Counted from the first letter of the stretch, positions 49,182 to 59,566 are shown. The stretch is DNA of 64,000 nucleotides from Candidatus Peregrinibacteria bacterium CG10_big_fil_rev_8_21_14_0_10_49_16 (GCA_002772605.1 PFDS01000040.1:14862-78861); one strand, 5' to 3'. Numbers and translations: made by a program. The notes: generated from the sequence alone by a model not told the origin.

Positions 49182-51815
49182 TTACTTCTTGGCTGCCGTA
49201 CTGCGTTTTTTGGGCTGTTTGGCTTCTTGTTTGAGTTCTTCAACTTCTTCCGCACGCTGCTCCTTCGCCGCCTCTTCCACCGCCTTCTCCGCCTCAGGAT
49301 CGGCAAGCACAACACTCATACTGGCCACTTTATCCTTTGCTTTCAACCGCATGACAATGACGCCCTGCGTTGCACGACCGCGCGATGGAATGTCTGCAAG
49401 ATCCATGCGAATCGCCTGTCCATTCTTGCTCAAGCAGAGCAAGTCTCCTTTTGAATCATCCAGAAGCACACACCCTCCGACAATTTTGCCTGTCTTCACA
49501 GTGAGTTGCGCAGCTTTGACACCAGTGCCTCCGCGCCCCTGCAGACGGTACTGGCCAACGGGCGTCATCTTGCCAAGGCCGTTCTCCATCACCACAAGCA
49601 CCCGATGCGTTCCCAATCCCTTGCTAATTGCGCCCGCTTCCACCACATAATCCGAACCCGCTAACTTAATGCCGCGCACGCCCGCCGCAGCACGCCCCAT
49701 GGCACGCACATCGTCTTCTTCAAAACGAATGGCCTTGCCTTCGTGCGTGACCAGAAGGATTTCGTCTTTTCCCGTAGTCGTAACCACCCAACGGAGTTCA
49801 TCGCCTTCGGGAAGCTTCTGCGCAATAAGTCCGCTGCGGCGAATATTCTCGAACTCCGTACTATCCGTACGCTTCACCAGACCCTTCCGGGTGACAAGGC
49901 ACAGATACTTCGCACCGACAAAATCCGTACGGAGAATGGCCGAGACACGCTCCTCGGGTTTGAGCTGTAAGAGATTCACAATCGCCTGTCCACGCGCCGT
50001 GCGTCCTGCTTGAGGAAGTTCGTACACCGGAAAGCGGAAGACACGACCGGTATTGGTAAAGAAGAGCAGCTCATCATGATTCATAACATGCAGCAACGAG
50101 AGCACTTCATCATCTTCGCGAATTTCCATACCTTTTACTCCTTTTCCACCACGGTGTTGCGCACGGAACTGCATGGGACTCAAACGCTTCACATATCCAC
50201 TGCGCGTAAGTGTCACGATCATCGGTGCATTGGGAATGGTGTCCTTCGCACTAAACTCCCCGGCGGCAGCCGGAACAACTGTTGTGAGCCGTGCATCTCC
50301 GTAGGTTTCGCGGAGAACACCGAGCTCGTCGGTAAATACTTTGTCGATCTTCTTTGGATCCTTCAAAATCACTTCGCACTCCGCAATGAATTTGAGCTTT
50401 TCCTTGAGTTCGTCTTCCACTTTCTTTCGTTCCAATCCAGCAAGGGTTTGTAAGCGCATTTCGAGAATGGCCTTCGCCTGAATTTCTGTCAGTTTGAATT
50501 TCTTCATGAGTTGCTCACCGGCCACCTCTTTCGTTGCACTCTTCTTGATTGTCTCCACAACTGCATCAATGTTATCGAGTGCTTTTTTGAGACCCTCCAG
50601 AATATGCGCACGTTCTTTCGCACGATCACGGTCAAACGTAATGCGACGAACAATGACCGTGCGTCGATGGTTGATGAAAATTTGGAGAAGTTCCTGCACA
50701 TTCATGAGCTGCGGCTGCAATCCGTCACGCAGTGCAATCATGTTGTACCCAAAACTCGTTTGCAGATCGGTGTGACGGAACAGGAGATTGAGCACCTTCT
50801 GGGGGTAGGCATCTTTCTTCAGTTCGATAATCACACGAATGCCATCACGATCAGACTCATCACGAATATCCGAAATTCCCTGGATGACTTTGTCCTGCAC
50901 CAGCCGCGCCATCTTCTCCACCATTGTGGCCTTATTGACCTGATAGGGAATTTCAGAAATACGAATGTGAAAACGGTTCCCACTCGTCTCTTCGATTTCC
51001 GCCTTCCCCCGCATCACCACCGAGCCGCGCCCGGTGAGGTACGCCTGCTTCAGCGCCTTCTTATCATACACGAAACCTCCTGTTGGAAAGTCAGGACCTT
51101 TAATAAACTTCAGCAAATCTTCCACGGACGCCTCGGGATTCTCAACAAGGTGTAAGACAGCATCGATGAGTTCGTTGAGGTTGTGCGGCGGAATGTTCGT
51201 CGCCATTCCTACGGCGATACCCACGGTTCCGTTTAAGAGCAGGCCCGGCACTTTTGCAGGAAGGACCGTCGGCTCCTTGCGCATTTCATCGTAGTTGGGG
51301 CGGAAATCCACTGTATCCTTCTCAATATCCTGCAGAAGTTCTTCCGTGATCTTCTTCATGCGCGCTTCGGTGTATCGCATCGCTGCAGGACTGTCGCCAT
51401 CTATGGACCCGAAGTTCCCCTGCCCCTCCACAAAAGCGTAACGCATCGAGAACTGCTGTGCCATGCGCACAAGAGCCTCATAAACCGGAACGTCGCCATG
51501 CGGGTGGTAATTACCAATCACGTCTCCGACGATCTTCGCGCACTTACGATACTTCGCCGTATGACGCAGGCCCAGTTCGTGCATGCCGTAGAGAATGCGG
51601 CGATGCACGGGTTTCAAGCCATCGCGCGCATCCGGAAGCGCACGCGACACGATCACACTCATCGCATAGGCCAGGTAACTCTCTTCCATCTCTGCCACAA
51701 TCGGCCGCGGCTGAATGCGGCCAATACTGCTCAATGTCTCTCCTCCTTCTCCGCCTTTCGGCGCAGCAGAAGACTCCTCCCTGCCTGCATCTGAATCGTT
51801 TTTTTTCTTTGGCAT
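49182..51815 (-). CDS. gyrA: DNA gyrase subunit A
   Basis: [22 protein letters not shown] and the GyrA box QHRGGKG. Confidence 0.97.
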   Translation of the reverse strand: MPKKKNDSDAGREESSAAPKGGEGGETLSSIGRIQPRPIVAEMEESYLAYAMSVIVSRALPDARDGLKPVHRRILYGMHELGLRHTAKYRKCAKIVGDVIGNYHPHGDVPVYEALVRMAQQFSMRYAFVEGQGNFGSIDGDSPAAMRYTEARMKKITEELLQDIEKDTVDFRPNYDEMRKEPTVLPAKVPGLLLNGTVGIAVGMATNIPPHNLNELIDAVLHLVENPEASVEDLLKFIKGPDFPTGGFVYDKKALKQAYLTGRGSVVMRGKAEIEETSGNRFHIRISEIPYQVNKATMVEKMARLVQDKVIQGISDIRDESDRDGIRVIIELKKDAYPQKVLNLLFRHTDLQTSFGYNMIALRDGLQPQLMNVQELLQIFINHRRTVIVRRITFDRDRAKERAHILEGLKKALDNIDAVVETIKKSATKEVAGEQLMKKFKLTEIQAKAILEMRLQTLAGLERKKVEDELKEKLKFIAECEVILKDPKKIDKVFTDELGVLRETYGDARLTTVVPAAAGEFSAKDTIPNAPMIVTLTRSGYVKRLSPMQFRAQHRGGKGVKGMEIREDDEVLSLLHVMNHDELLFFTNTGRVFRFPVYELPQAGRTARGQAIVNLLQLKPEERVSAILRTDFVGAKYLCLVTRKGLVKRTDSTEFENIRRSGLIAQKLPEGDELRWVVTTTGKDEILLVTHEGKAIRFEEDDVRAMGRAAAGVRGIKLAGSDYVVEAGAISKGLGTHRVLVVMENGLGKMTPVGQYRLQGRGGTGVKAAQLTVKTGKIVGGCVLLDDSKGDLLCLSKNGQAIRMDLADIPSRGRATQGVIVMRLKAKDKVASMSVVLADPEAEKAVEEAAKEQRAEEVEELKQEAKQPKKRSTAAKK

Positions 51816-51867
51816 AGTGTAGTAGCAAGAGTGTAGCGGAAGGGAGGAAGAGAGAAAAGAGAGAAAA

Positions 51868-51900
51868 GTGTGTCACACTGAGCCTGTCGAAGTGCGACAC
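51868..51900. repeat. REP-like element TGTCACACTGAGCCTGTCGAAGTGCGACAC
   Basis: Related copies at 40795-40820, 54039-54069 (inverted, shortened) and 18163. Confidence 0.7.
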
Positions 51901-51903
51901 ACT

Positions 51904-51938
51904 ACAAAAGGGACTGTCTGGACAGACAGTCCCCTTGT
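51904..51938 (-). terminator. intrinsic terminator
   Basis: GGGACTGTCTG/CAGACAGTCCC stem followed by TTTT on the minus strand. Confidence 0.7.
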
Positions 51939-51984
51939 CGCAACCCGAAGGTTGCGAAATTGTTGCAATGGACCGATACGGTGG

Positions 51985-52773
51985 TTAACCGACATAGTCC
52001 TCGCTGCGAGCCGGCGTTTCGTCGGCGGCCTCGTCGGCTTCGACACTGTCGAAGTCGGGGTCGGCCTGGGCATCCCGATGGGCACGAATCTCCGCAGCCT
52101 CTTCTTCCGTGACGCCCGTCTGGTACGGTTGCAGCTCATGGTAATTGCCGCAAACCGGGCACCAGCCCATCTTGGGTTCGGCGTCGTCGTCGTCATCATC
52201 GGAAATGCCCGCCTGTGCGCGATGCCACTCCGCCTGCCGTTGCCGCTCCGCATCCTCGGCCGGCGACCGGCCGATCGGATAGAGGGAAGCACCGACCAGT
52301 GGCTCGACATCGTCGTCAGCGAGTTCGGTGATCTCCTCTCGTCCGTCCCCATCGGGGTTGCGAACGACCACGACTTTTACCATTCGCGGCTGCTCGTCAC
52401 CGCCACCGAAGAGGTCGGAGAGGCTGAGAATCTGCAGACCCCCGCCACCGGACTGGGCCTTGCGCATCAGCGTGGCCATGGGATCCTCCGGCCGCTCCTC
52501 GACGGTTCCGACCAGGAACTCCCGAGGCCCCCGGTAGATCGCCACGGCACCGTTGTCGGGAAGCGGATTGCCGTCGATGATGCCCTCCGTGAGGAAGTGA
52601 TATTCCTGCCGGAAGATGGCGCCGACCGGCGGTTCCAGATCACCCGGACGCACGTTGGCCTCCGGCAACTCCACCGTACTGATGGAGCCCTGGAACCCGA
52701 AGTACGCCATGAGAACCTTTCGCTGACCGTTGATCGTGACAGCATCACCCGTGCGAACGTTTTGCGTCGCCAT
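51985..52773 (-). CDS. GC-rich acidic hypothetical protein with CPVCGNYH motif
   Basis: SD AGGAG, GC-biased third codon positions, own promoter and terminator. Confidence 0.7.
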   Translation of the reverse strand: MATQNVRTGDAVTINGQRKVLMAYFGFQGSISTVELPEANVRPGDLEPPVGAIFRQEYHFLTEGIIDGNPLPDNGAVAIYRGPREFLVGTVEERPEDPMATLMRKAQSGGGGLQILSLSDLFGGGDEQPRMVKVVVVRNPDGDGREEITELADDDVEPLVGASLYPIGRSPAEDAERQRQAEWHRAQAGISDDDDDDAEPKMGWCPVCGNYHELQPYQTGVTEEEAAEIRAHRDAQADPDFDSVEADEAADETPARSEDYVG

Positions 52774-52953
52774 GAGAAATTTCTCCTGTTGAAAATGTCC
52801 ATTGCAAAAGATCAAGCCCGGCAAACGCTGCCGGGCCCGTTCCTCCGCGATTCGCGAATGTGTGGACCCTGGCACGCGCCAGGACTTGGGAGAGGATAAG
52901 GATAGCATTGACAAAAGTCAAATGTATTTTATGTAAATATTTTTAAACATATG

Positions 52954-52985
52954 GAAAGGACCACTCCTTGTGAGAGTGGCCCTTC
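52954..52985 (-). terminator. intrinsic terminator-like hairpin
   Basis: GAAGGGCCACTC/GAGTGGTCCTTTC on the minus strand. Confidence 0.55.
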
Positions 52986-53009
52986 GTTGTTTCGCGCGGT
53001 GAATCTCGA

Positions 53010-53216
53010 TCAGTTGTGGTACGTGCCGCAATTGGGGCAGAGCGGCAGCCCCTCCTCATTGTACGGGGGCAGGTCCACCGTCACGTCACTGTCGGCCAGC
53101 AACTCCGGCGGAACCGGGATGTCGGTCTGGACCAGACGGACCAGAACGACGCCCGGCGCGACCTCGTCGAGCTTGAGGGAAGTGATACGGAGGACGGGGG
53201 TGGCGTTGTTCGCCAT
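53010..53216 (-). CDS. GC-rich 68-aa protein with CPNCGTYH motif
   Basis: SD AAGGAG; promoter TTGACA-17-TATTAT upstream. Confidence 0.7.
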   Translation of the reverse strand: MANNATPVLRITSLKLDEVAPGVVLVRLVQTDIPVPPELLADSDVTVDLPPYNEEGLPLCPNCGTYHN

Positions 53217-53755
53217 GTTCGAAACTCCTTCAGTTGAGATTCGTGCGAAAGAACTTTTCCCAGCGTACATAGCCGGGAGCTCCCTCGCACTGTGCGAGAC
53301 AGTCCCAGAAACTGGGATGGAAATAATACTTAATTTTTAACCTACTGTCAAGCAGGCCAACGCGGTGTACGCATTGGCCTGTTTTTGCATGGTTTTTGCC
53401 CCTTTTGCATTTAGCGGGTGTAGGCCTCATGGATGACGTCATCCACCTCGCGTAGCGGTGGCGATTCCAGCCACAGCGGCTGCTCGGTCACCACAATGCG
53501 CAAGATGAGGACAAAGGACAGTTCCAGACCGTCCTCCCCTCCCTTCCGCTCCGCTTTTCGCGGATCGCCTTTCATGGATGACGCCAAAAGGCCACTCAGA
53601 AGTCGCATCTGCATACTCTTCAGTCTCCTTGAGAACCATGCGAAAGAACGTGGCTTAGACACCTCGTCAAACCACCCTCTTCCGTCTAAACCGCCACTCA
53701 GTGTGTGAAGAGTTCGCTGCAAGTCAAGGGTCAAAAGGAGTATTCTTCTAAATAC

Positions 53756-54427
53756 ATGCTTTCCATCGTCTCCACCCCTATCGGCAATCTCGGTGACATC
53801 ACACTGCGCGCCCTTGAAACACTGAAGGAATGTGATGCCATCGTGTGTGAAGATACGCGAGTCACGGGAAAACTCCTCCAGATGCTGGATCTCCCGAAGA
53901 AGGAACTCATCAGCCTGCACGGGTATTCCGACACGAAGAAAATCAATGCCATCCTCAAGCGACTCGCAGAAGGAGCACATCTTGCTCTCGTCTCCGACGC
54001 CGGCACACCATGCATCAGTGATCCGGGATATCAACTAGTGAGTGTCGCCCTTCGACAGGGTGACACTCATCAAGTCGAAGTCATCCCCGGACCTTCCGCA
54101 TTCCTTGCTGCCCTCTCCGCATCAGGCCTCCCCATCAATCAATTTCTCTACCTCGGATTTCTTCCATTGAAGAAAGGACGTCAAACACTTCTTGCATCAT
54201 TCACAGAAGAGAAACGCACGATTGTCTTCTACGAATCCGTCCATCGCATAGAAAAAACACTTCGCGAACTCGTGGGCGCACTGCGTGATCAACCCAACCG
54301 TGACATCGTCATCTGTCGTGAACTGACAAAAATGCACGAAGAAATTCTTCGCACAACGGTTGCGGAACTTGCGAGTATTTCTCTTACACAAAAAGGAGAA
54401 TTCGTCATTGTCATTGGAGCAGTGTAG
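53756..54427 (+). CDS. rsmI: 16S rRNA (cytidine1402-2'-O)-methyltransferase
   Basis: TPIGNLGDITLRA, CEDTR, SDAGTP.ISDPG and RELTKMHEE motifs. Confidence 0.96.
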   Translation: MLSIVSTPIGNLGDITLRALETLKECDAIVCEDTRVTGKLLQMLDLPKKELISLHGYSDTKKINAILKRLAEGAHLALVSDAGTPCISDPGYQLVSVALRQGDTHQVEVIPGPSAFLAALSASGLPINQFLYLGFLPLKKGRQTLLASFTEEKRTIVFYESVHRIEKTLRELVGALRDQPNRDIVICRELTKMHEEILRTTVAELASISLTQKGEFVIVIGAV

Positions 54428-54443
54428 TGTCACACTGATACAC

Positions 54444-55028
54444 ATGATTGCACGCCTGCGAGGACTGCTCACGCGACTCTCCCCAGGAGAAGTTCTCGTC
54501 GACGTGGAAGGAGTGGGTTACCGCGTGCACACGCCTGTGACTCTGTGGGAAGCATTGAAGGATGGAACAGAAACTGAGCTCTGGATTTCCAGCTACGTAC
54601 GCGAAGACCGGTTTGACCTGTACGGATTTGTGGAGCAGTCGGAACGCATGCTCTTCGAGCGCTTTCTCGCGCAACAAGGGATAGGGCCAAAACTCGCACT
54701 CGAACTCTGTTCCATTCCCCAAAGCACGCTTCTCCAGGCTATTCAGCAGCAAAATCCTGCACTGCTCCTCAGTGTGAAAGGTGTCGGGAAGAAGAAGGCA
54801 GAGAAGATCCTCCTCGATTTGCGCTCTCTGGCTGATTCGTCTCCCGAACTCTTCGCTCTCCAGCCGGGAGCATCCGGGATGCAACACACAACACTGGATC
54901 CTGATGCAATCGAAGCACTGCAATGCCTCGGATACTCTTCTTCTCAAGTACTCCACGCTCTGCAAAAACTCTCTCCCGATCTCACGACCACCGAAGACCG
55001 CGTGACCGCTGCCCTGCAAACACTCTAA
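54444..55028 (+). CDS. ruvA: Holliday junction branch migration protein RuvA
   Basis: MIARLRG, GVGY, VRED..LYGF, GIGPKLA and GVGKKKAEKI motifs. Confidence 0.96.
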   Translation: MIARLRGLLTRLSPGEVLVDVEGVGYRVHTPVTLWEALKDGTETELWISSYVREDRFDLYGFVEQSERMLFERFLAQQGIGPKLALELCSIPQSTLLQAIQQQNPALLLSVKGVGKKKAEKILLDLRSLADSSPELFALQPGASGMQHTTLDPDAIEALQCLGYSSSQVLHALQKLSPDLTTTEDRVTAALQTL

Positions 55029-55030
55029 CC

Positions 55031-56308
55031 ATGCTTCACCTCGATATCTCTACAGCATTGGCAAAGGTCATTACACCATCCTTCGGCGTCAGCAACGAAG
55101 AGCTAACACAGATGCGCACGTCGATAAAACGACACATCGAACAGTGGTTACAGGAACGAGAAAAAGGCGAACATGCATGGTCAATGGACCCGTACAACAA
55201 GAGCGCGCTCGATCGTGTGGTCAGCACAGCCAACCATATCAAAAAAGAGAAAATGCAAACCGTGGTCTGGCTCGGCATTGGTGGATCAGGGCTCGGTCCG
55301 AAAGTCATCGAAGAAGTATTCGAATCATCACAATCACTCGAGTTCATCGTGATCGACACCATCGATCCCGCTCTCTTGGAACTGTACCTCGGGGTTCTCG
55401 ACTGGAACCAAACCTTCATTGTCGTAGCCAGCAAATCCGGCGAGACACTGGAAACCATGAGTACGTTCTTCCTCATGTGGGAAAAATTGGTGCAAGCTCG
55501 TGGCAAACGCGCAAAAGACCGGGTAGTCGCCATTACGGACAAACAGAGCGGCGCTCTGCGAGACTTCAGTCTGGAGCAGGACATTGAAATGCTTCACATC
55601 CCTTCTGGAGTAGGTGGACGCTACTCCATCTTCACCCCTATCGGACTCCTGCCACTTGCGCTCCTGTCGGGAGATACGGAAGAGTTTTTACGTGGCGCAA
55701 AAGAAATGGATACATGCTGTCAAAATACCGTTCTCGAAGAAAATCCGGCGGCACTTCTCGCTGCAGTGCAGTACATCCTCGACACCAAACGCGGACTGCC
55801 CATACGCATTATCATGCCCTACACCCAGAAATTGCGATCCATCGCGCTGTGGAACCAGCAGCTCATTGCGGAAAGTTTGGGAAAGACAGAACTCAGTAAC
55901 CCCATTCCCATGGCAGCGATCGGCACGCAAGACCAACATTCGCTTTTGCAGCAATGGATGGCTGGCCCGCGCAAATCCTGGCACATTTTTATTCGTGACA
56001 GAGAAAAACCATCCATCACCGTTCCAAACGTTGAAGACGCGCGTTTTGCGCACATCAGCAAAAAACCATTTGCAGATTTGCTGGAAGCTTGTTATGAAGG
56101 AACAACCCAGGCACTTACAAAAGCGAAACGACCACATGTCACGATCACCATTCCCACACTCGATGCGTACCATCTCGGCCAGCTCTTCTTCTGCTTTCTC
56201 GCAGAAGTCATATTCCTCGGAAAGATTTACCGCATTGATCCGTATGACCAACCCGGCGTGGAAGTAGGAAAGACCATTACAAAAAACATTCTCTCCGGCG
56301 AGAAATAA
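55031..56308 (+). CDS. pgi: glucose-6-phosphate isomerase
   Basis: GIGGSGLG, SKSGETLET, VGGRYS, QQLIAESLGK and DQPGVE motifs. Confidence 0.95.
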   Translation: MLHLDISTALAKVITPSFGVSNEELTQMRTSIKRHIEQWLQEREKGEHAWSMDPYNKSALDRVVSTANHIKKEKMQTVVWLGIGGSGLGPKVIEEVFESSQSLEFIVIDTIDPALLELYLGVLDWNQTFIVVASKSGETLETMSTFFLMWEKLVQARGKRAKDRVVAITDKQSGALRDFSLEQDIEMLHIPSGVGGRYSIFTPIGLLPLALLSGDTEEFLRGAKEMDTCCQNTVLEENPAALLAAVQYILDTKRGLPIRIIMPYTQKLRSIALWNQQLIAESLGKTELSNPIPMAAIGTQDQHSLLQQWMAGPRKSWHIFIRDREKPSITVPNVEDARFAHISKKPFADLLEACYEGTTQALTKAKRPHVTITIPTLDAYHLGQLFFCFLAEVIFLGKIYRIDPYDQPGVEVGKTITKNILSGEK

Positions 56309-56365
56309 TGTTCACAATTCTTGATGCATCCAGTATCATACAGAGGAACCTTTCCCCTTTTCCCT

Positions 56366-56683
56366 ATGGCACAAGAAATTACAGATGCAGACTTTGACGC
56401 TCAAGTGATGCAATCAGACATTCCAGTACTTGTGGACTTTTGGGCTCCATGGTGTGGTCCTTGCAAATCCATGCTTCCTATTGTGGGTGAACTGTCTACG
56501 GAATATGAGGGTAAAGTACGAGTGGTCAAAATGAATGTAGACGAGAACACCGAGACGCCCGGGAAGTTTAACGTCATGAGTATTCCCACATTTATCATCT
56601 TCAAAGGCGGCGAGGTCGTACAGACGATTGTGGGTGTAAAGTCAAAAGAAGATATGAAAAAGGAACTGGATGCAGTCGCATGA
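56366..56683 (+). CDS. trxA: thioredoxin
   Basis: DFWAPWCGPC and SIPT motifs. Confidence 0.97.
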   Translation: MAQEITDADFDAQVMQSDIPVLVDFWAPWCGPCKSMLPIVGELSTEYEGKVRVVKMNVDENTETPGKFNVMSIPTFIIFKGGEVVQTIVGVKSKEDMKKELDAVA

Positions 56684-57030
56684 TTCCATTGATCTTCAAC
56701 CTGGGCACAACGCTGCTCTCACACATCGTAAGAGCGCAAGGGTTTGTGAGTGACTTTGGAGAGAAGCCACCGCGCTCCACTATGAGTTATGTCCTTCCAT
56801 TCGTTGGCATGGGCTTTTCATTCATCCTCGTCAAATACCGTGAACGCATTGGAGATATGCTTGGAGAAGCGCACTGGATGGTCAAAATCGGTGGCGTGTA
56901 CTATGTGCTCGTCTACATCGCAATCATCATCTTCTTCTGGAGCATTGCCGAGCTCACCGACACCACGCATATTTTCCTCGCGCCTCTCACAGTCATTCTG
57001 CCCTTCGGCGACAACAAAACAGATTTTTAA
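56680..57030 (+). CDS. small membrane protein
   Basis: Two TM helices; start may be 56782. Confidence 0.6.
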   Translation: MIPLIFNLGTTLLSHIVRAQGFVSDFGEKPPRSTMSYVLPFVGMGFSFILVKYRERIGDMLGEAHWMVKIGGVYYVLVYIAIIIFFWSIAELTDTTHIFLAPLTVILPFGDNKTDF

Positions 57031-57058
57031 TATATATTCCCTCTCCCTTCTTATTTAC

Positions 57059-57253
57059 ATGGACAACGCAGACATTCAAAAACAGTGTCAGAAGTTCCTC
57101 GAAGATCTTGGCATCCCCGGTTTCATCGTCTTCGGCTGGCAGAAATCCGAAAAGCAGTACGGCTTCACATACGTGAACCATAAGACTCCTCCCGCAGTCA
57201 CACTCAAAGGCATGCTCTGGGCCGCAAAAGATTTCGCAGAGAAGAAGTTGTAA
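57059..57253 (+). CDS. small hypothetical protein
   Basis: 64-aa ORF MDNADIQKQC...; codon usage similar to its neighbours. Confidence 0.55.
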   Translation: MDNADIQKQCQKFLEDLGIPGFIVFGWQKSEKQYGFTYVNHKTPPAVTLKGMLWAAKDFAEKKL

Positions 57254-57254
57254 A

Positions 57255-57331
57255 TGGTGGAGCTGGAGGGAGTCGAACCCTCGACATCCTGCTTGCAAAG
57301 CAGGCGCTCTGGCCAACTGAGCTACAGCCCC
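57255..57331 (-). tRNA. tRNA-Ala (TGC)
   Basis: GGGGCTGTAGCTCAGTTGG...CCTGC-TTTGCAA-GCAGG...GGTTCGACTCC...CTCCACCA. Confidence 0.97.
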
Positions 57332-57378
57332 ACTGGTTCGCCATTATCAGACATGTGCCGTGAATTATCAATCCGTAT

Positions 57379-58539
57379 TTATGTGACTATTTTCTCTAAT
57401 TGGCCATTCTCTACTGCCTTTCGCACTTCCATGCCTATCCTCTCCCCCATACTTATAGACTCGCCATAGCGGTAAGCAGAGTACGGAGTGGCGCGGATGC
57501 CGGGGGAACCGGGAATGCGGAAGGAGACATCGAAAATCACAATATCCTCCCTGCCCTCTTCAGTGACAACGGACCCTTGCAGCGCAAACGGACCGATGAT
57601 GCCCTGCCGGGACGGATCGATGCCTTCGGGGAGTGATTGCGTGGCACGTACAAATCTCTCTCCCATCTCGAACACGTTCTCCAGCAGAGATTCTTTCACG
57701 GTACAGGCAACATGTCCCGTTTCCACCATCTTGAGATCAATGGACTGCCGTGCTTGCGACTGCTGCTCAGCGGTCAACCGAAGAAAGCCATCCAGATTCG
57801 TCTGGCGTCGCATGTCCGTTCCCAGGAGTTCCAGTTCTCCTGTGAGAGGCGAATAGAAGAAGTTGAAATTCACCGGAGCGCCGACAATAAATTCCTCAAT
57901 CGGCGCCTGACGCCAATTGCCTGCAATCTTCCCTTCTGCCTCAAGACGGGAACCTGTTCGTTCATATTCTTCATCAGAAGACACGATAAAGAATGCCCGT
58001 TCATATATACGTTGAGCTTCACTCGCCTTCACAATCACAGGACGATCAATGACTACCCGCTCATCGCTAGCCGCTAACTGCTTATAGAGTTTCGGAATCC
58101 GGATTCCTGCATCTCGCAACAGATCATACTGCGTGTACTCCTGATCACGTTCTTCCAGACGCAGTAAATGCCGCGATCCGAAAATAGGTACGCGAAAACC
58201 ACGTTCCACATGCGAAAAATCATCAAAGTAGACCCAAAAGTAGCGAGAGTGAACGAAAATAGTATTCAGAGAGCGTAACTGTTGCTGAATAGACTCTTGG
58301 AGAATGTCTTGAAATTGACCGACGAGAATGATGCTGTCTACACATCCTTTGCTATCACACACTCTAAAGTACTTCTCATACGTTTTTTCCCTTCCTCTCT
58401 TCGCAACAACAACGGTGTTCAGTCCAAACTTCTTCGCACCATGACAGATATCAAGAGCACTGTGTCCTCCGAGAGAACCAACCGTCAGATTGCCGAGATC
58501 ATACCCGGAGAGCAGATCCATACATGGCGGGATACTCAT
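57379..58539 (-). CDS. PurP-like ATP-grasp protein (paralog 2)
   Basis: GGHSALD, RRQTNLDG, IIGPFALQ and RIPGSPG motifs; start uncertain (58539 or 58521). Confidence 0.85.
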   Translation of the reverse strand: MSIPPCMDLLSGYDLGNLTVGSLGGHSALDICHGAKKFGLNTVVVAKRGREKTYEKYFRVCDSKGCVDSIILVGQFQDILQESIQQQLRSLNTIFVHSRYFWVYFDDFSHVERGFRVPIFGSRHLLRLEERDQEYTQYDLLRDAGIRIPKLYKQLAASDERVVIDRPVIVKASEAQRIYERAFFIVSSDEEYERTGSRLEAEGKIAGNWRQAPIEEFIVGAPVNFNFFYSPLTGELELLGTDMRRQTNLDGFLRLTAEQQSQARQSIDLKMVETGHVACTVKESLLENVFEMGERFVRATQSLPEGIDPSRQGIIGPFALQGSVVTEEGREDIVIFDVSFRIPGSPGIRATPYSAYRYGESISMGERIGMEVRKAVENGQLEKIVT

Positions 58540-59566
58540 CAAGAACGTCTTCCAATCTTCCCTGCTCGGATGCGATACGAATCTCACGCGCAATACGACG
58601 ACCCGTACTCATGGGTACATCGTACTTCAGTGCTGTGTAGGGAGAACCTTCCACAAACGGATTTGTGCCGGCAACAATGCGTGCGCTGATTTCAAAGACG
58701 TAGACGTGCAATTTTCTCGTTACAATTGTCTCCAAGCAAAACGGGCCGAAGAGCCCCTTTCCTCCACAGATCTTCTTGCTCACATCCACCACACGCTCTC
58801 CCATCGCAAAAAGTTCGGGCAGCATCGACTCACGTACAACAACCGGAATGTTTCCGACAATCGTATAGGACGTATAGATATTCGATGCCAACTGGTCTGC
58901 TGCACGAATACGGCCGATGGAATCCGCATTCGATTCGTAGCGCTTATCCATACTCATAATTTCCAACTCTCCTGTCATCGGCGAATAGAAGTAATGGATG
59001 TAGAGAGGCACACCAACGATGTACTCCTGAATCACGTAATCATCCTCATCCGGATATTTGCGATTCTTCACCTCGTAAAATTGATCAGGCGAGCGTGCAA
59101 TGAAATACCCAAACCCCCCGCCGGCGCCGTGAAACTTTACGATAACCGGACGATCGATATCCTCCGGCTTCTTAAGAACTTCCGGCAGGAGCAACCCCGC
59201 TTTCTCCAACCATTGCCGCTCTTTCGTACGATCGGATTCCCACTCCAAAATACCCTTGGTACCGAAGTATGCGGCACGCATGTGGTGGATTCGTTCAGAA
59301 CCCAAATACGCTACAAAAGAACCGTGCGGCACAACTACTGCGTTGCGACGAAGCAGTTCCTCTTCTAGAGCATCATCCCAATCAGACCAGTCATCCAGTA
59401 AGAGGATTTCGTCCGCCACACCGAAACTCCGGTATGGCTGCTCTTTTCCTCGCCGACAAATACAGAGATTGGGCAATCCCTCATCCCGCGCACCCTTCAA
59501 AATCTGCAACGCAGAATGCGTTCCTAGTGTCGCAATGACAGGTTTGTTGGAATGCTGCAAACCCAT
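58499..59566 (-). CDS. purP: formate--phosphoribosylaminoimidazolecarboxamide ligase (archaeal-type FAICAR synthetase)
   Basis: GTHSALQILKGA, PHGSFVAY, RYESNAD and FEISARIVAGTN motifs. Confidence 0.9.
   Translation of the reverse strand: MGLQHSNKPVIATLGTHSALQILKGARDEGLPNLCICRRGKEQPYRSFGVADEILLLDDWSDWDDALEEELLRRNAVVVPHGSFVAYLGSERIHHMRAAYFGTKGILEWESDRTKERQWLEKAGLLLPEVLKKPEDIDRPVIVKFHGAGGGFGYFIARSPDQFYEVKNRKYPDEDDYVIQEYIVGVPLYIHYFYSPMTGELEIMSMDKRYESNADSIGRIRAADQLASNIYTSYTIVGNIPVVVRESMLPELFAMGERVVDVSKKICGGKGLFGPFCLETIVTRKLHVYVFEISARIVAGTNPFVEGSPYTALKYDVPMSTGRRIAREIRIASEQGRLEDVLDEYPAMYGSALRV

Noticed and set aside
51868..52899. 343-aa + strand ORF
   Set aside because: Antisense shadow of the GC-rich minus-strand gene; it starts inside a repeat element.
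53411..53708. Short ORFs upstream of rsmI, with a faint GNAT-like LLENHAKERGL and a duplicated TCATGGATGACG
   Set aside because: Too little signal to call a gene or pseudogene.
58490..59368. 292-aa + strand ORF and similar long antisense ORFs over gyrA, clpC and the ATPase
   Set aside because: Shadows of well-supported genes on the opposite strand.
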